Positions 1-12,155 of a DNA stretch of 64,000 nucleotides are shown here, one piece after another. The position numbers were made by a program, and so were the translations under genes. The notes beneath the pieces were generated by a model, which did no database searches, was not told where the DNA came from, and saw nothing but the letters and a program-made list of their open reading frames with translations. Within the stretch, counting starts at the first letter, position 1. Each line of letters opens with the position of its first letter. The stretch covers positions 224,001 to 288,000 of the forward strand of contig CAVVOP010000008.1 in assembly GCA_963749915.1 (NCBI GenBank). Reading direction: 5' to 3'. This stretch comes from an uncultured cyanobacterium (lineage in GTDB: Bacteria; Cyanobacteriota; Cyanobacteriia; Cyanobacteriales; Cyanobacteriaceae).

Positions 1-25
1 GAATTAATCTTATTATCTTAAATTT

Positions 26-856
26 ATGAATAATATTTCCTATGAACAAATCTTAAGACTTCGTGACATCGCTTTTTTAGCAGCTAAAGCTGGAGGTGTT
101 GTCTTGGAAAGCTATTGGGGGAAACAACTCAACATCAGAGAAAAAGGTAGAACAGGAGATTTAATTACAGAAGTAGATCAAAAAGCAGAAGCAGAAATAA
201 TCTCAGTAATAAAGCGTCATTATCCTGATCATGCTATCTTGGCGGAAGAATCCGGGAAAATAGGAACTTCTGACAATGAATATTTATGGGTGATCGATCC
301 TCTTGATGGTACAACTAACTACGCTCATGGTTATCCTCAAGCGGCGGTTTCTGTCGGTTTAATGGTATCGGGAAAACCTACTGTTGGCGTTGTTTATAAC
401 CCAATGATGAGGGAATTATGGATTGGTGCACAAGGTCTGGGTGCAACTTTAAATGATATTCCCATTCAAGTTTCGACGACGAATAATTTAGCCGATAGTC
501 TTTTAGTAACAGGTTTTGCTTACGATCGCAAAGAAGTGGAAGATAATAATTATGCCGAGTTTTGTTCTCTCACCCATTTAACCCAAGGGGTTAGACGAGG
601 AGGTAGTGCTTCTCTGGATTTATGTCATGTGGCAACGGGAAGACTTGATGGTTACTGGGAAAGAGGGTTAAAACCTTGGGATTTATTAGCAGGCATAGTC
701 ATCCTCAAGGAAGCAGGGGGAAAAATATCCGCCTATGATGGTGCTGACTTTGATTTATCTAGTGGGAGAATTTTGGCTACAAATGGTTATTTACATTCCG
801 CCTTGAGTGAAGCCTTAATCCATATATCTCCCATAGCAATTAGTAATGAACAATGA
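26..856 (+). CDS. suhB: Inositol monophosphatase family protein (SuhB-like)
   Basis: Motifs WVIDPLDGTTNY and WDLLAG. Confidence 0.85.
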   Translation: MNNISYEQILRLRDIAFLAAKAGGVVLESYWGKQLNIREKGRTGDLITEVDQKAEAEIISVIKRHYPDHAILAEESGKIGTSDNEYLWVIDPLDGTTNYAHGYPQAAVSVGLMVSGKPTVGVVYNPMMRELWIGAQGLGATLNDIPIQVSTTNNLADSLLVTGFAYDRKEVEDNNYAEFCSLTHLTQGVRRGGSASLDLCHVATGRLDGYWERGLKPWDLLAGIVILKEAGGKISAYDGADFDLSSGRILATNGYLHSALSEALIHISPIAISNEQ

Positions 857-896
857 ACAATTAATTTTTTCCAGTCGCTAGTCTTCTAATTCTCCT

Positions 897-1757
897 ATGG
901 AATCATTTGAAACCAGAATCACCGCCGACGGTTCACGAACTTTTTATTCTGCCGAATTTGGGGAAACTTTTCATACGAAATACGGTGCTAAAGCCGAAGC
1001 TGAAATTACTTATATTCAAGGTTGTCGCCTTTGTGAAAAATTAAAGCAACAAGATCAGCTTAAAATTCTCGATGTTTGTTACGGTTTAGGATACAATACC
1101 GCCGCCGCCCTTGATTGTATTCTTAATATTAACCCTCAATGTCAAGTGGAGATTATTGCTTTAGAATTAGACGAAACTGTCCCCCGTCAAGCCTTAGAAC
1201 ATAATTTATTGGATCATTGGCAACCAAAAATTGTCGAACTTTTAACCCAGTTATTAAATTCTCGACAAGTAAATACACCCCAACTAAAACTTAGTTTATG
1301 GATTGATGATGCTAGACAAAGTCTGATTAAATTAGTGCCAGAAAATTTTCAAGCTGATGCCATTTTTCTTGATCCCTTTTCTCCACCCAAGTGTCCTCAA
1401 CTATGGACGGTGGAATTTTTATCCCTCCTTTCTCAGTGTTTACATCGAGATGGTATTATCGCTACTTACTCATGTTCAGGGGCAGTTCGAACTGCTTTTC
1501 AGGAGGCCGGTTTAACCATTGGGAATAATTTTTCTGTGGGGAAGCGATCGCCAGGAACTTTAGCCTCTTTTCGGGATCAGTATTTAGAACCATTATCACA
1601 GAAAGAATTAGAACAACTAAAAACCCGTGGGGCGACACCTTTTCGAGATCCAGATTTACAAAACACTGCCGAAATCATCAAAAAACGCCGAGAACAAGAA
1701 CAATCTTTGAGCAATTTAGAATTTACAAGTAAGTGGAAAAAACGTTGGTTTTCTTGA
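897..1757 (+). CDS. MnmC/MnmD-like SAM-dependent methyltransferase
   Basis: TADGS..FGETFH, LDVCYGLGYN, FLDPFSP..CPQLWT. Confidence 0.8.
   Translation: MESFETRITADGSRTFYSAEFGETFHTKYGAKAEAEITYIQGCRLCEKLKQQDQLKILDVCYGLGYNTAAALDCILNINPQCQVEIIALELDETVPRQALEHNLLDHWQPKIVELLTQLLNSRQVNTPQLKLSLWIDDARQSLIKLVPENFQADAIFLDPFSPPKCPQLWTVEFLSLLSQCLHRDGIIATYSCSGAVRTAFQEAGLTIGNNFSVGKRSPGTLASFRDQYLEPLSQKELEQLKTRGATPFRDPDLQNTAEIIKKRREQEQSLSNLEFTSKWKKRWFS
1544..1551. repeat. HIP1 octamer (representative of many copies in the window)
   Basis: GCGATCGC also at 2897, 4841, 5731, 6012 and at least ten further sites. Confidence 0.9.
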
Positions 1758-1925
1758 CAAAATTTGCGTAAATCAACGGCTTAAGGTAGGAAACAGTCAA
1801 CAGCGAACAGTAAGAAGAGAAGAATCGACTTTAGAAACTTAAGTGGGAAATAGCTAATAATTGCTCACTATTTACTTTTTATTGCTAAATTAGTGTTAGT
1901 GAATTCATATTCTAATAATGATATT

Positions 1926-2441
1926 ATGAGTGATTTAATTGCCATCGCCTACGACGATATTTTCAAAGCGGAAGAAGTAAGATTAACTTTAGCAAAACTA
2001 CAAACAGAACATCTCATCGAATTAGAAGATGCCGCCGTAGTTGTCAAAAATGCCCAAGGGAAAGTAAAACTGAAACAAGCCATAAATTTGACCGCTACTG
2101 GTGCCGCTAGTGGTGGTTTTTGGGGATTATTAATTGGTACTCTTTTCCTCGTGCCCCTATTTGGTGCCGCTGTGGGTGCCGCTACTGGTGCCCTGGGAGG
2201 TGCTTTAACTGATATAGGAGTCGATGATAATTTCATGAGAGAACTAGGAGAAAGCCTACAACCAGGAACCTCAGCGTTATTTATCTTGGTCAAAAAAGTA
2301 ACTCCAGATAAAGTGTTAGACGAGGTTAGTAAATATGGCGGTAAAATTCTCCGTACTTCTTTAAGTAAAGATGATGAACAACAATTACAAGCTGTATTGG
2401 ATAGTCATGGACTACAAATTTCCGAATCAGATAATAATTGA
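1926..2441 (+). CDS. DUF1269 family membrane protein
   Basis: LIELEDAAVV, Gly/Ala-rich helices, GVDDNFM; ATG at 1926 preferred over the upstream GTG. Confidence 0.8.
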   Translation: MSDLIAIAYDDIFKAEEVRLTLAKLQTEHLIELEDAAVVVKNAQGKVKLKQAINLTATGAASGGFWGLLIGTLFLVPLFGAAVGAATGALGGALTDIGVDDNFMRELGESLQPGTSALFILVKKVTPDKVLDEVSKYGGKILRTSLSKDDEQQLQAVLDSHGLQISESDNN

Positions 2442-2577
2442 TAAGAGTGTTCAAACTTGGCTGGCACAAAGGATGTCTCAAGTATCTCAATCTGACTTTC
2501 TAATTGAGAAAATACAGCCTAATTGGTTGCAGTCTAATCTTCAAAATCGAACTCGGGTGAGATCGCGGTTCATCGAA

Positions 2578-3669
<1,092 letters not shown>

Positions 3670-3719
3670 TTAAATTAGTTGATATTTGATAGTTAATTCA
3701 TAGTTCATTGTTCACTGGT

Positions 3720-4163
3720 CTAAAAATCATCATCCAATTGCACATCCCACTTAGCAGAAAGTACTTCTCCTAACATATCCTCTAAATTGTCAAAACCAAG
3801 ATTTTTAGAAGATTGTTGTTCTTGACAAGCGGTAACCAGGGGAATTAATCTTAATCTGCGATTATCTTGCACTAAATCAAAATAGGTTTCTTGAGAAGAT
3901 ACTTGATTGAGTTGTAAATAATCAAAACTTTGAATATTGATGTAGAGACTATTATTTATTACTACCGTAGCCTGATTTAGGTCATTAAATACTTCTAAAA
4001 TCCAACCTCGTCCCTGATTTTGTACCACACCATCCAGACTATGTATATAAAGCACTTGAGTTAAATCATTAATTAAACGTTTGATGTCTTCTTTATTAAC
4101 TAAAATACCTGACTCGATAATGCAAGGTGCCGGTAATTGACAATCACTTGGTTGATGATCCAT
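3720..4163 (-). CDS. Conserved cyanobacterial hypothetical protein
   Basis: Long ORF with acidic C-terminus; ATG at 4163 preferred. Confidence 0.65.
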   Translation of the reverse strand: MDHQPSDCQLPAPCIIESGILVNKEDIKRLINDLTQVLYIHSLDGVVQNQGRGWILEVFNDLNQATVVINNSLYINIQSFDYLQLNQVSSQETYFDLVQDNRRLRLIPLVTACQEQQSSKNLGFDNLEDMLGEVLSAKWDVQLDDDF

Positions 4164-4390
4164 AGTTATTAACCCTTTTTTCGCTCTTAACTTATTAATT
4201 TGCGGAATTAAACCTGTCAAATTCTGATGTTGACATTCACACAAACTTAGATTTTTTGACAAACAAGGCAAAATCTATTTTCATGTTAGTAGCACACATC
4301 AGATTAAATGAATTTTTATTGTTGGCCACGACACAATCTTAACCTAGAATTTCCTTTTTGTTTAGGTTTACTTTTATATATTAGTTGATT

Positions 4391-5152
4391 ATGAAAAAAT
4401 TGATCCCTTCTTTTTTTGGGGCAATAGTTTTTTACACAATAATTCCTCTATCTTCTTTTTTTCCCTTAGATTTTAACAAAATTGCTCGGTGGTTGCCCTG
4501 GGTGGGAATTTTTTTGGGTGGTTTATTAGGGTTAATGTCAGCAATATTAACTTTTATAGGTTTTCCGCCTCTAACTAAAGGAGTATTAATTATCGCTATG
4601 GGGATTTATCTCACTGGAGGCCTACATTTAGACGGAGTCATGGATACTGCCGACGGTTTAGCGGTAGAAAATACCGAACAAAGACTAGAGATAATGCGAG
4701 ATAGTCATAGCGGTGCGTTTGGGGTAATGGCTAGTATTCTCGTGGTGGGGTTAAAAATCGCCGGGATCAGTGAAATTACGGACAATTTATGGTTTGCCCT
4801 CATTTTAGCTAGTACTTGGGGGCGTTGGGGACAATTAATGGCGATCGCACGGTATCCCTATGTAAGAGAAGAAGGAAAAGGAGCGTTTTTGAAACAGAAC
4901 CTAAATGTACCCTTAGATGTGATTTTTAGCTCATTATTTGTGGTTCCGATGGTTATAGTTCAATATTTCTGGCTCAACCAATCATTAACTGTAATTAGCT
5001 TAATTTTATTTATCAGTATAATTATCCCGTTATTAACAGGATGGTGGTTTAACGCTCAATTGGGAGGGCATACTGGGGATACTTATGGGGCGACGGTGGA
5101 ATGGAGTGAAGCCTTTATATTATGTGCTTTAACAGCCATTAGTAGTAATTAA
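4391..5152 (+). CDS. cobS: Adenosylcobinamide-GDP ribazoletransferase
   Basis: TGGLHLDGVMDTADG, MRDSHSGAFG, GGHTGDTYGA. Confidence 0.95.
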   Translation: MKKLIPSFFGAIVFYTIIPLSSFFPLDFNKIARWLPWVGIFLGGLLGLMSAILTFIGFPPLTKGVLIIAMGIYLTGGLHLDGVMDTADGLAVENTEQRLEIMRDSHSGAFGVMASILVVGLKIAGISEITDNLWFALILASTWGRWGQLMAIARYPYVREEGKGAFLKQNLNVPLDVIFSSLFVVPMVIVQYFWLNQSLTVISLILFISIIIPLLTGWWFNAQLGGHTGDTYGATVEWSEAFILCALTAISSN

Positions 5153-5210
5153 ATGCAGGGGGGAATATAGGGAATCGGGGATAGATAATCGGGAATGATT
5201 TTAACCTCTG

Positions 5211-6062
5211 TTATTCACCTGTACAATTCATTAAAGCATCAGTGACCCTTGCCACATCAAACATTTGGCCTACGTCATGCACTCTTAAAATATCCGCACC
5301 CTGAATAATAGCATAACTGCAAGTTGCCGCAGTACCCCAGATTCTTTCTTGGGGATTTTCACGGGTTAAAATTTTACCAATAAAACTTTTTCGGGATGTT
5401 CCTACTAACACAGGAAAACCTAATTTTTTTATTTTTTTAATATTTTTTAATATATCTAAATTTTGTTGATAATTCTTCGCAAAACCAATACCCGGATCTA
5501 AGATGATATGCTCTTTCTTGATACCTAAATTTATAGCTTCGGTAATTCTTTCTTGAAAAAACTGATTAATTTCTGCTATCAAATCTTGATAATCCGTTAA
5601 AGTTTGCATAGTTTCAGGATTACCTCGAATGTGCATCAAAATTATAGGTACTTTCAATTTGGCCACCGTTGGCAGCATCTCAGTATCAAAAGTCGCCCCG
5701 GAAATCTCATTAACAATATCTGCACCAAAGGCGATCGCCTTTTCTGCTACGATAGCTCTAGTGGTATCGATGGAAATGGGAATATCCGATTGTTGACGTA
5801 AAGCTCTAATAACAGGAATAACCCTTTTTAATTCTTCTTCTACGGTAATTTGCAACGCCCCGGGACGAGTGGATTGCCCACCAATATCGATTATATCTGC
5901 ACCCTCACCAATCATCGACTGAGCATGGTTTAACGCTCTTTCAATACGGTTAAATTGCCCACCATCGCTAAAACTGTCAGGGGTCACATTCAAAATTCCC
6001 ATCAAGTATGTGCGATCGCCCCATTTAAACTGATGATTACGAATAGTTAATGGATTCAACAC
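5211..6062 (-). CDS. folP: Dihydropteroate synthase
   Basis: MGILNVTPDSFSDGG, DPGIGF, SRKSF, RVHDV. Confidence 0.97.
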   Translation of the reverse strand: MLNPLTIRNHQFKWGDRTYLMGILNVTPDSFSDGGQFNRIERALNHAQSMIGEGADIIDIGGQSTRPGALQITVEEELKRVIPVIRALRQQSDIPISIDTTRAIVAEKAIAFGADIVNEISGATFDTEMLPTVAKLKVPIILMHIRGNPETMQTLTDYQDLIAEINQFFQERITEAINLGIKKEHIILDPGIGFAKNYQQNLDILKNIKKIKKLGFPVLVGTSRKSFIGKILTRENPQERIWGTAATCSYAIIQGADILRVHDVGQMFDVARVTDALMNCTGE

Positions 6063-6161
6063 TTGGAATAGTTGACGGTTAATATTATCTGTTAAAAATA
6101 AAACCTATGGCACAGCTATCTTGCTTGTCATTACTAATTGCTAACTGTTAATTGCTAATAG

Positions 6162-6887
6162 TTACTGATAATTTACCAAACGGGCAAAACTAATCGGCTC
6201 AAGACTTGCACCACCAACTAAAGCACCATCAATGTCAGATTGTGCCATAATTTCGTCCACGTTTTTAGGATTGACAGAGCCACCATATTGAATGGTAACA
6301 TTGTTATTACTTAACTGAGAGCGAATAATGGCAATAACTCGATTTGCTTCCATGGCTTCGCAAGTGTCACCTGTGCCGATGGCCCAAATAGGTTCATAGG
6401 CGATGACAAGATTATTTTGATCTACATCAACTAAACCTTTTTGTAACTGATTGATAATTACATTTTCCGTTTCTCCTGCATCTCGTTGGGCTTTACTTTC
6501 ACCAACGCACAGAATCGGAGTCAAACTGTATTTTTGAGCCGCTAACAGCCGATTATTTACGGTTTCGTCAGTTTCTCCAAAATATTGACGACGCTCACTG
6601 TGACCTACAATAACATAATTAATGCCGATTTCCGTTAGCATAGCCCCTGAGATTTCACCAGTAAAGGCACCCTGTTCAGCCCAATGAATATTTTGCGCCC
6701 CAAGTTTAACTCGACTACCGTGTAGATTTTTCGACATGGAGTATAGACTGGTAAAAGGCACACATAAAACCACTTCTCTTGTTTCGGGAGTGTCTTCTAA
6801 ATGGGGTAAAAAAGCCTGTAAAAATTCAAGGGACTCCCCTTGAGTCTTGTGCATCTTCCAGTTACCAGCAATAATAATTTTTCGCAC
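6162..6887 (-). CDS. tpiA: Triosephosphate isomerase
   Basis: [28 protein letters not shown]. Confidence 0.98.
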   Translation of the reverse strand: MRKIIIAGNWKMHKTQGESLEFLQAFLPHLEDTPETREVVLCVPFTSLYSMSKNLHGSRVKLGAQNIHWAEQGAFTGEISGAMLTEIGINYVIVGHSERRQYFGETDETVNNRLLAAQKYSLTPILCVGESKAQRDAGETENVIINQLQKGLVDVDQNNLVIAYEPIWAIGTGDTCEAMEANRVIAIIRSQLSNNNVTIQYGGSVNPKNVDEIMAQSDIDGALVGGASLEPISFARLVNYQ

Positions 6888-6952
6888 TTTTTCTCCTAAT
6901 CATTAAGTTATTTATTTTATTTAATTGTTAATTGTCCATTATTAGTTGATAC

Positions 6953-7228
6953 TTAGCCTCCAGCAACAGCAGGTACAATACTCACTTCATCACCATCAGC
7001 TAAAGGAGTGGCAGTGTTATCTAAAAAGCGAATATCCTCACTATTGACATAGAAATTCAGGAAACGACGAGGTGCACCTTGTTCATCGCAAAGACGGGCT
7101 TTGATGCCAGGACAACTGACTTCCAAAGCATCGATTAATTCTTGAACATTGGTTGCGTCACAGTGGATGGTAGCTTGTTCTTTAGTAAATTTTTGTAAAG
7201 GAGTGGGAATTAAAACTTTTACAGACAT
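6953..7228 (-). CDS. MoaD/ThiS/CysO family sulfur-carrier protein
   Basis: 91 aa ubiquitin-like protein ending PAVAGG. Confidence 0.9.
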   Translation of the reverse strand: MSVKVLIPTPLQKFTKEQATIHCDATNVQELIDALEVSCPGIKARLCDEQGAPRRFLNFYVNSEDIRFLDNTATPLADGDEVSIVPAVAGG

Positions 7229-7350
7229 AATTTTATTAATTTTAAATAAAGTTTATAGACAAAAAAAAGACTAACTACTGATGAGTTAGGGGTTTATAAA
7301 GGACTAGGAGACAATTAAAAAACTAATTATTAACTGTCAACTGTGGTTTC

Positions 7351-8661
7351 TTACACTAAAATTTGTTGCCATTCTAAACGATCTAAGGTACGAGAGCGTT
7401 CTAAGGCACGTTCAAAACTGTCTAATTTAGGCTCAATGATAAAAGGTTCACTGATATAACCTTGGACTGCTTCTTGGGTTTTCAGTCCGTTACCTGTGAT
7501 ATAAACTACAGTAGTTTCTTCAGGATCAATTTTTCCTGCCTCAACCAATTTTTTCAACACAGCAACAGTTGTACCACCTGCAGTTTCGGTAAAGATACCT
7601 TCAGTTTCCGCTAAGAGTTTGATACCTTCGATGATTTCTGCATCGTTAACGGATTCGATGTTACCGTTAGTTTTACGAGCGAGATCTAAAGCATACATTC
7701 CGTCAGCAGGATTCCCGATGGCGATGGATTTAGCGATAGTATTAGGTTTAACAGGGATAACAAAATCTCTGCCTTCTTTAAATGCTTGGGCAATGGGAGA
7801 ACAACCCTCTGCTTGCGCACCACTGAAACGGACGGGCTTGTCATCTACTAAACCGACTTTGACAAATTCTTGGAAACCCTTGTGAATTTTGGTAAACAAG
7901 GATCCAGAAGCTAAAGGTGCGACAATGTGATCAGGTAATTTCCAGCCTAACTGTTCAGCTACTTCAAAGCCTAAGGTTTTTGAACCTTCAGAATAATAAG
8001 GACGTAAATTAATGTTAACAAATCCCCAACCGTAGGTATTCCCGACTTCACAACAAAGGCGGTTAACTTGATCATAGTTACCTTTAACTGCCATTACTGT
8101 GGGATTGTAAATTAAGGTACCTAAAACTTTTCCTGCTTCTAAATCCGAGGGGATGAACACACAACAATCTAAACCTGCATGGGCGGCGATCGCTGCGGTA
8201 GAATTAGCCAAGTTGCCGGTACTAGCACAGGATACAGTGGTAAAACCTAACTCTTTAGCACGGGTTAAAGCAACGGAGACTACTCTATCCTTAAAGCTAA
8301 GGGTAGGCATATTAACAGCATCATTTTTAATATAAAGATTTTTCAGACCCAAACGACGAGCCAAGCGATTTGATTTGACCAGGGGAGTCATCCCCGTACC
8401 TACATCAATAGGATTCTCACTTTCAACAGGTAAAAAGGCTTTATAGCGCCAGATAGAATTAGGTCCTTTGGCGATGCTTTCACGGCTTACTTGAGCTCGG
8501 ATGGCATCATAATCGTAGGCTACTTCTAAAGGTGCAAAGGTTTCTTCACAAATATGGATGGCTTTAAGGGGATATTCAGCACTTCCTTCTTTGGATACTA
8601 ATTTGGTGAAGGTGGGTTTTACGGTGTTGTCAGTGGTGGGACGTTCGATGGCTTGGGTCAT
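7351..8661 (-). CDS. thrC: Threonine synthase-like PLP enzyme
   Basis: PTLSFKDR PLP-lysine motif, CASTGN, ITGNGLK. Confidence 0.88.
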   Translation of the reverse strand: MTQAIERPTTDNTVKPTFTKLVSKEGSAEYPLKAIHICEETFAPLEVAYDYDAIRAQVSRESIAKGPNSIWRYKAFLPVESENPIDVGTGMTPLVKSNRLARRLGLKNLYIKNDAVNMPTLSFKDRVVSVALTRAKELGFTTVSCASTGNLANSTAAIAAHAGLDCCVFIPSDLEAGKVLGTLIYNPTVMAVKGNYDQVNRLCCEVGNTYGWGFVNINLRPYYSEGSKTLGFEVAEQLGWKLPDHIVAPLASGSLFTKIHKGFQEFVKVGLVDDKPVRFSGAQAEGCSPIAQAFKEGRDFVIPVKPNTIAKSIAIGNPADGMYALDLARKTNGNIESVNDAEIIEGIKLLAETEGIFTETAGGTTVAVLKKLVEAGKIDPEETTVVYITGNGLKTQEAVQGYISEPFIIEPKLDSFERALERSRTLDRLEWQQILV

Positions 8662-8787
8662 TGTCTGTACTCCTGGGTAATAACTTTAGCTAGTAATAAG
8701 TTTTACTAATCAGTTGTGAATCTAAAAATAATCTTTAAATGATTGCCTGTGTGAAAAGTATAACAGTTAAGAATTCAGTTGGCAAAT

Positions 8788-8812
8788 ATACCCGACCTTT
8801 TTAGTCGGAATT
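8788..8812. promoter_or_regulatory. Rrf2/IscR type-1-like palindromic operator upstream of thrC-moaD
   Basis: ATACCCGACCTTTTTAGTCGGAATT: CCGAC-N7-GTCGG dyad, ~130 bp upstream of the thrC start. Confidence 0.6.
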
Positions 8813-8862
8813 ATTAAAAACCTTATAAAACCAGAAGATTTGGGGAAAGTATTTTCTTTCGT

Positions 8863-10317
8863 TTAGGGGATCGCCAATACCTTTGTATTAGATTTGAGGA
8901 TAGCTTGGGCGGCTTGTTTTCCCGAAATAGTTGCACCTTCCATACTGTCAATGTAATCCTGTTGAGTGTAACTACCAGCTAAGAAAAAGTTAGAGATGGG
9001 AGTTTTTTGTGAGGGTCGGTAAACATCCATGCCGGGTGCTTCTCGATATAGAGATTGGGCCAATTTAACAACACTATACCAAGTCATATTTAAGTCACGG
9101 GAAGAGGGGAATAAATTATGGACTTGTTTTAATACGTGGTGGGCGATATTTTCGTTACTTTCTTTGATAAAAGGATCACCTGGTGTTAACACTAATTGTA
9201 ACAAAGAACCTTCACTTTCTCGATAATAATTAGAAGGACTAGATAAGGCTAAGTCAGAAAAACAGGAAAAATCGGCATCGCAGGTATAAAGTAAATTATC
9301 AATGCCTTCTGCTTGTGCTAATTGTTTACGTTTCTTCTCGTCATGTAATTCTGTCACCCAACCATCAAAACGTAATTGTACTGTGGCCACGGGTACAGCA
9401 GTGAGTTTATATATGTTATCAAACTCTGACCATTTACGCCAACCTTCAGGGATCATTTTTTGAATGCCGGGAATATCACAGGCACAAACATAAGCGTCGG
9501 CAGTGATTAATTCTTCCCTTTCTCCTTGTGCCACTAATAAACCTGTAACAGTGGTGGTATTTTCTTCTTCCTGATATTTTATTTCTCTTACACGGTGACG
9601 GGTATGAATTTTTACGCCCTTAGATTCTAAATAGTTAACGATGGGTTTATGAAGATATTCATGGGGTGAACCTTCTAACATTCGTAGCACAGAAGCCTCA
9701 GTTTTCGCCGCAAAAAATTGGAAAATTGTCAACATACAACGGGCTGAAATATTTTCAGTGTCGATAAACCCTAATGCATAGGCGATGGGATTCCACATTT
9801 TGTCCAGACTGCCTTGATTTCCTCCATGTTTGCGAAACCAGTCAGCAAAACTGATGCCGTCCAAGTCGCGAATATTGCGCATTGCACCTTCAAAATCCAC
9901 TAAACCCCTAACAATGGGACTTGTGCCTAAAGCAAAAGAGTTAGCAATTTTATCTACCGTAGACAATTGAGAAGTGGTAAAAAAAGCCTTTAAACCGTTA
10001 AAAGGTGCACCCGTAATGAAACGAAAATCTAATTCGCCGACTCTGCCGCCTTTGTTGATAAATGTGTGGGTATGTTGTTTTAAGAGTAGATGGTTAATAG
10101 CACCGACTTTTTCCATTAAGGCGAATAAGTTATAGTAACAACCGAAGAAAACGTGCAAACCCATTTCGATATGATTGCCTTCATTGTCAACCCAACTGCC
10201 CACTTTTCCGCCAACAAAGGGGCGAGATTCAAAAATTTCTACTTCACAACCAGAATCGACTAAGTCAATGGCTGTAGCTAATCCTGCCAATCCTGCACCT
10301 ACAATCGCAACTCGCAT
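8863..10317 (-). CDS. zds: 9,9'-di-cis-zeta-carotene desaturase
   Basis: GAGLAGL FAD motif, [22 protein letters not shown]. Confidence 0.93.
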   Translation of the reverse strand: MRVAIVGAGLAGLATAIDLVDSGCEVEIFESRPFVGGKVGSWVDNEGNHIEMGLHVFFGCYYNLFALMEKVGAINHLLLKQHTHTFINKGGRVGELDFRFITGAPFNGLKAFFTTSQLSTVDKIANSFALGTSPIVRGLVDFEGAMRNIRDLDGISFADWFRKHGGNQGSLDKMWNPIAYALGFIDTENISARCMLTIFQFFAAKTEASVLRMLEGSPHEYLHKPIVNYLESKGVKIHTRHRVREIKYQEEENTTTVTGLLVAQGEREELITADAYVCACDIPGIQKMIPEGWRKWSEFDNIYKLTAVPVATVQLRFDGWVTELHDEKKRKQLAQAEGIDNLLYTCDADFSCFSDLALSSPSNYYRESEGSLLQLVLTPGDPFIKESNENIAHHVLKQVHNLFPSSRDLNMTWYSVVKLAQSLYREAPGMDVYRPSQKTPISNFFLAGSYTQQDYIDSMEGATISGKQAAQAILKSNTKVLAIP

Positions 10318-10446
10318 TGTTTTCCAATTTTTCTTAACTTTTCTTTACATTCTCTATTATAAAGTTAATTTTGCACCTAACTTCTGTGCTAGAAAATAAA
10401 TAAATGAGTTTTGGCTTATTATCTCTTTTTTTTTTGATGATTTTTA

Positions 10447-11019
10447 TTACCAAATAGATTCCATTTCTAAGACAAAATCAAGTAAAATATCTTCCCCTGA
10501 GACACTACTAGGATTGTTTAAAATTTCTACTTCTTTGTGAGGGCGATAAATTTCTACTTGTCTAGTTTCTCGATTAATTAACCACCCTAATTTTGTGCCG
10601 TTTTCGAGATATTCTCTCATCTTGTTTTGGGTATCAATTAAGTTGTCGGTGGCGGATAATAACTCAATCACAAAATCGGGACATAAGGGTAAAAATTTTT
10701 TCTTTTCTTCGCTGGTTAAATTATCCCATTTTTCCAAAGGTATCCACGAAATATCAGGAGAACGAACACCACCCAATGGCAATATAAAACCAGTAGAGGA
10801 GTCAAAAGCAATTCCTTTTTTTGTGCGGCGATTCCAGAATTGTAATTGATAGCCTATCTCAAGATTTCTATTCCCAGTTTCCCCCCCCGTTGGTGACATA
10901 ATCACTAAATCTCCATTGCTATTTCTCTCAAATCGATAATCACGATTATCCACACACAATCTAAAAAATTGTTCATCGGTTAAATCTACTGAGGATAAAT
11001 TAATTGTTAAATTACCCAT
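10447..11019 (-). CDS. Uma2 family endonuclease
   Basis: MSPTG, SPDISW, CPDFVIELLS, EYLENG..LGWLI. Confidence 0.93.
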   Translation of the reverse strand: MGNLTINLSSVDLTDEQFFRLCVDNRDYRFERNSNGDLVIMSPTGGETGNRNLEIGYQLQFWNRRTKKGIAFDSSTGFILPLGGVRSPDISWIPLEKWDNLTSEEKKKFLPLCPDFVIELLSATDNLIDTQNKMREYLENGTKLGWLINRETRQVEIYRPHKEVEILNNPSSVSGEDILLDFVLEMESIW

Positions 11020-11165
11020 CTTTCTTTACCTCTATAATCACCACTCTTTACTGGGGAAAACCAGAATAAATTATAGTTTAAAGATCTACTACCTCTTACT
11101 ATTAAAGTATCTGTTTTGTTCTTAATCTCAGACATCAATAAATTTTAACAACCTCAAAGATAAAA

Positions 11166-11876
11166 TTAAAGGCGCACTAATATATTAGTACCATGAGTAT
11201 CTGTGCCGCAGGTTGTATATAAACTGTGTTTTTCCGCCATTTCTTCAACTAAGGCGGTTTGGGTTTCACTGGGTTGCCAAGGATGAGGATTACCGTAAGC
11301 ATAATAAGCCTCTACTCCGTCAATACCTAATTCGTAGGCTTCGAGGACTAATTCTTTTGCACTACGATGATAACGTGCCGGATGTGCCAACACCACTAAT
11401 CCTCCTGCCTGATGAAGGGTTTTGATCACGTTTTTTGCTTCTGCTTTTTTTCCGGTGGGGGCTTCTTCTGTTAAGTATTTCTGTAGTATATATGATTCAG
11501 GATCAAATCCATAACCTAAAAGATGAACCTTCGTGCCGTTTAACTCGGAGGTTATTTCAATGCCTGTCCATAAATGGGGCAAAACTAGGTTAGGACTAAC
11601 ACTAGATTTTGCTGTTAAGTAATTTTTGGCACGACGAAAACCTTTGACACTATGATGATCTGTAATGGCAAAACCTTGTAAGTTTATAGAAATTGCTTGT
11701 TCTACTAAAGATTCTGGGGTTAATTGCCCATCGGAACAACTCGTGTGCAGGTGGAAGTTATAATCATGGGGGCAACTGAAAAAATTAAGATTCCCCCAGA
11801 CAGATTTTAATTTGACCTTATCTTGAGTTCCTTCGTTATTGGATAATAGAGGGGCTTTTTTTGTTTTTAATAGCAT
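11166..11876 (-). CDS. PHP domain protein
   Basis: HLHTSCSDG, AITDHH, LAHP, GTDTHG. Confidence 0.9.
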   Translation of the reverse strand: MLLKTKKAPLLSNNEGTQDKVKLKSVWGNLNFFSCPHDYNFHLHTSCSDGQLTPESLVEQAISINLQGFAITDHHSVKGFRRAKNYLTAKSSVSPNLVLPHLWTGIEITSELNGTKVHLLGYGFDPESYILQKYLTEEAPTGKKAEAKNVIKTLHQAGGLVVLAHPARYHRSAKELVLEAYELGIDGVEAYYAYGNPHPWQPSETQTALVEEMAEKHSLYTTCGTDTHGTNILVRL

Positions 11877-12155
11877 ATTCTTGCTAAACTATTGCGAATT
11901 GTTAAGTTTAATGTAACAAAAATTTGCGGACATTGACGACTAAATCTTAAAAAATCATTAACATATTTTTTATCGGTGTAATATTAATTATTTATATAAG
12001 TTTAAAGACCTAGTCATAAACACTGTGTTCTTTTTTCTTCATAATACATAAATACATAAAACTTTGTATCGTTAATTTTAGCTTTATCTACTAATCCTAA
12101 TAATTAATTTAACTCTATAATTTATCATGATCAATCAGCGATCGCCTCGTGAATT

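Noticed and set aside
4272..4390. Cobalamin riboswitch upstream of cobS
   Set aside because: The region is short and AT-rich and lacks recognisable B12-box motifs.
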